Of a DNA stretch of 34,427 bases, positions 31,601 through 34,427 are shown one piece after another (the first letter of the stretch is position 1; every line of letters starts with the position of its first letter). Source of the stretch: Rhizaria sp. SCN 62-66. Taxonomy: Eukaryota. Both the position numbers and the translations under genes were made by a program. The stretch covers positions 1-34,427 of the forward strand of contig MEDY01000447.1 in NCBI GenBank assembly GCA_001724265.1, written 5' to 3'. The notes below the pieces were generated by a model. The model did not search any database. It saw nothing but the letters and a program-made list of their open reading frames with translations, and was not told the DNA's origin.

Positions 31601-34427
31601 CCTCACATCGTTGATCCGCCGTCTGACTTCAGCAAAGGCCGACGATGAGCGCGTTGTCAAGTTTGCTTTTTACGTTATCAAGCACTTGTCCCGCCAGCAG
31701 GTCAGTCTCGAAAAGTCCGGCGATGTGTTCGCAGAGCGTCTGTTTGGGCGCGACGCCGGCATCCTGCAGGCTGTGTCCTCACTGCAGAGTCACGAAGCGC
31801 TGGCGATTTCGCGTCACATGAGCCACTGGCTCGCAGTTATCTCCGGTCATGAGCCCGAGCTGAAGCTTGAGTACGTCATCGGTGCACTGCTTTCCTCGCG
31901 TGCGGTGTTTGACTTGCGCAAAATCAACCCGTTCCTCCCTGATGATGTTATTAACGTCATGATGGCTTTCACGGAGGCTGCGCTTCTGCGCGCCAATCGC
32001 ATTGGCCACATCAACCGCACCCTCGGCGAGGCACGCGACTTGCTGAAGCTTCTCGATTCTGTATCCAAGGTTGCTGGGAACACAACTGCTCCTGTTGCGC
32101 CTGGATCGTCGACCTCTCACTCCGCGCTTATTGCAGGCGTGATCCAGAAGAGCAAGGCTCTCGGCACGCAGCTCACTGCGGCGCGTTTCTACTGCGACAC
32201 GACCACTGCTGAGGCCGTGGCCGCAGTTGAGGGCGCAGATGCGGTTGCGGAGGTTTGCACAGCGGACAAGTGCGGCTCGTGGCTTTTCGCGGCGCAGGTA
32301 CCTGAGGAACATCTTAAGTACACGGAGTCTGTCAATGTCGCCGCCGCTGAAGATGCTGCGCTTGCACGCGAGGCCGCGGTTGCGAAGTGGGAGGCTGACC
32401 CAGCCAACGCGGGCAAGGACAACCTCACCAAGGCGCGCTGCTGCGTACTTGAGGCCCGCGTGCTGCGCCGACTGTTCAAGCACGGTATGCGCGGTGACAG
32501 CATTCCTGTGCACCGTGGTCCGCTTGAAAAGCTTGCTGATGAAGGCATGTACGGCGTCTCGCGCCCTGCCAAGGCCGGTGTGATGTTGCCTGTCTCCGGC
32601 AGTACGGCGCCGGCTGGCACTGCGCTAGTGCGATACGACCCACGCTTCCTTGTGTTCTAGTTCACGTGGAACATCATGTTGCGCAAGAGTCAGGTTGCGA
32701 TGGTGCGTGACTTTGCGGAGAACATCCGCTCTGGCAAGTCGATCGTCAAGCAGATGATCATGGGTGCGGGTAAGACCACTGTCGTCGCACCGCTGCTCAC
32801 GCTCATGTTCGGCGACGGCAAGTCCCTTGTCATGGAGGTCGTGCCGCCCGCGCTGCTTGAGTTCTCGCGCTCGATCATGCGCTCGACGTTCTCGACCGTC
32901 ATGTACAAGCGCGTGTCGACGTTCCACTTTGACCGCGCATCGATTCCGCACCCGTCGATGCTCACCAAGCTGCGCGCCGCCGTCGCCGCCCGCGGCGTCG
33001 TCATCTCGACCCCCACCTCGGTCAAGTCCGTCATGCTTAAACTGCTCGAGACGCAGCAGCAGCTCAAAGACCTCACTCTCCCGCGCACGCGCGAGCTAGA
33101 GCACGAGCGCGACGTGCTTGTGGCGTTGCTCCGTGAGTTCCAGAAGGGCGTGCTGCTCATGGACGAGGTCGATATGATTCTTCACCCGCTCAAGTCCGAG
33201 CTCAACTTCCCCATCGGCGCTAAGCACGAGCTTGACTTCGACCCCCTGCGCTGGCGTCTCGCTATGCACGTGCTGGACGCGGTGTATTATCACGCCACAC
33301 CCGTCGTGCCGGCCGACTTCCGCGACTCCAAGGCCGCCGTGGCGCTGCTGGAGCAGATCTCGGCCGCCGTGCGCGTCGGTCTGTCGGAGCGCCACATGCA
33401 GTCGTCGCCGCACGTCGTGCTGCTCAACGCAGACTTCTACTACGCGACGCTGCTGCCGCTCATGTGTGACTGGGTGATGCTGTGGGTTGAGGCACAGCAC
33501 CTCACGGGCATCACCTCCGCGCAACTGCGTGAGTACTTGCTTACTTCCGGTGTGCATAACGCCGAGCTCACGGCTGCGGTTGAGACGGGAGTGACGCCGC
33601 ACTTTCGCAAGATGATGAACCTCGCGCGCGACTGGCTGCGGTCGTATCTCCCGCACGTGCTGCAGAAGATCGACCGCGTCGGCTTCGGTCTGCTGTCCAA
33701 GGAGGACTACGAGCGCGCCGTCCGGAACGACCCCAACATCCCCGAGACGCGCGCCAAGCTCGCCATTCCGTTCCTCGGCAAGGACGTGCCCTCGGAGACG
33801 TCCGAGTTCGCGCACCCCGACGTCATCATCGGTTTGACCTACATGGCGTACCGCTACGAAGGTCTCCGCTACACCGATTTCTGCGAGGTGATTGACAGTC
33901 TGCACTCGTCGCTCGGCAAGGAGCTCGGCCCGTACATCAAGCGTCCCACCGTGGCGCGCTACGCGCGCTGGGTGCGCGAGGCCGGCGGTGTTATCCGCGG
34001 TGAGGCTTCCGCCCCCGCGCCGTCCGCCGTCCAGCAGGGCCTCGCCGCACTGCAGGAGAGCAAAGAACAGGGCGAGGACGAGGAAGATGAGAATCTGGTT
34101 GTTGACAAACGCGTTGAGGTGATGCCGCTTCGACTGCTGAAGCGGTCCAACGTCGACCACATGCAAGCTCTTTTCAACGTCCTGGTTTATGAGCCTCTGG
34201 TGATCCAGTGGTACTTGAATGATTTCGTCTTCCCGGCCCACCTGCGCCACCAGAAGGTCAAGCTCTCTGCCTCCGGTGTCGAGATCGGTGGCGACATGCT
34301 CTTCTCGCGCCGCGTCGGTTTCTCCGGTACGCCGTCCGACCTGCTCCCGCTGGAGCTCGGCCAGTGCGACTACGAGAAGGGCACCGACGGTATGATGGTG
34401 CACGTGCTCACCTCGCCCGACATGGTT
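22671..34427 (+). CDS. Gene B (exons 22671-22750 and 22871 to beyond window; one in-frame TAG at 32658-32660): giant DUF3638/DUF3645-family paralogue of gene A with LamG/ConA-like N-terminal domain and degenerate protease module; 3'-partial
   Basis: Exon 1 MSDPSASADVDAVGEIPQSSMIFSPG joins in phase 2 to the 3251-aa ORF frame. The same frame continues past the TAG for 589 codons to the window end with QMIMGAGKTT, MDEVD, AIPFLGKDVPSETSEFAHPDV and GFSGTP. 3,289 aa if TAG terminates, at least 3,879 aa if it is read through. Confidence 0.85.
22751..22870 (+). other. Spliceosomal intron, 120 nt, phase 2
   Basis: AAG|GTACGC donor (same hexamer as the gene A intron at 4104), T-rich body, CTGAC branch-like site, AATCAG|G acceptor. 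Restores frame (AG+G = Arg). Confidence 0.85.
23400..24060 (+). other. LamG/concanavalin-A-like beta-sandwich domain (putative) in gene B
   Basis: Alternating beta-strand pattern ALSLEPGAYVHL ... TVIVLEI ... PGEWTRVVIV ... LSTYINGALA resembles the W-x-H/R-V ... LYxNG signature. Contains a Gly-rich insert at ~23781-23823. Confidence 0.55.
32661..34427 (+). CDS. In-frame continuation of gene B: DUF3638 ATPase core and DUF3645 motif (absent from the ORF track, presumably because it runs off the window)
   Basis: Manual translation FTWNIMLRKSQVAMVRDFAENIRSGKSIVKQMIMGAGKTTVVAPLL; Walker A 32760-32780; Walker B MDEVD 33159-33173; HPLKSELNFP identical to gene A. Confidence 0.9.

Noticed and set aside
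32600..32720. Small intron removing the in-frame TAG
   Set aside because: Both flanks align ungapped to gene A, there is no AT-rich stretch, and using this TAG as an acceptor would delete the conserved YDPRFLVF motif.
33096..34403. 435-aa minus-strand ORF
   Set aside because: Antisense mirror of the strongly codon-biased plus-strand ATPase frame, which carries all the conserved motifs.
1..34427. Prokaryotic or viral origin, CRISPR arrays, transposase or RT genes, rRNA
   Set aside because: Spliceosomal introns indicate a eukaryotic-type locus; no repeat-spacer array, terminal repeats, transposase, RT, capsid or rRNA signatures were seen.

Overview
Eukaryotic (protist-like) genomic DNA with GC-rich, Ala-rich coding regions, AT-rich 107-131 nt GT-AG introns and AT-rich intergenic DNA. 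The organism cannot be identified from this window. Almost the whole window is a head-to-head pair of giant, full-length paralogues about 1.2 kb apart. Gene A (minus strand, ~21466/21329 to 1221, 3-4 exons, ~6,600 aa) has an N-terminal Cys-rich Zn-finger-like region, a putative cysteine protease module with His-Asn-Gln-Cys in CE-clan order, a long uncharacterised scaffold, a DUF3638/DUF3645-type SF2-helicase-like P-loop ATPase and a C-terminal EF-hand pair. Gene B (plus strand, 22671 to beyond 34427) has a LamG/ConA-like N-terminal domain, a catalytically degenerate copy of the protease module, the same scaffold and a compact intact ATPase. That ATPase lies behind a single in-frame TAG (32658-32660), at the position of a Glu in gene A. 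A second possible in-frame TAG lies at codon 11 of an alternative gene A start. Main hypotheses (inference): a paired enzyme/pseudoenzyme system with swapped N-terminal modules, and UAG readthrough or reassignment versus a recent nonsense mutation or sequence error. Domain names come from motif recognition, not database searches.
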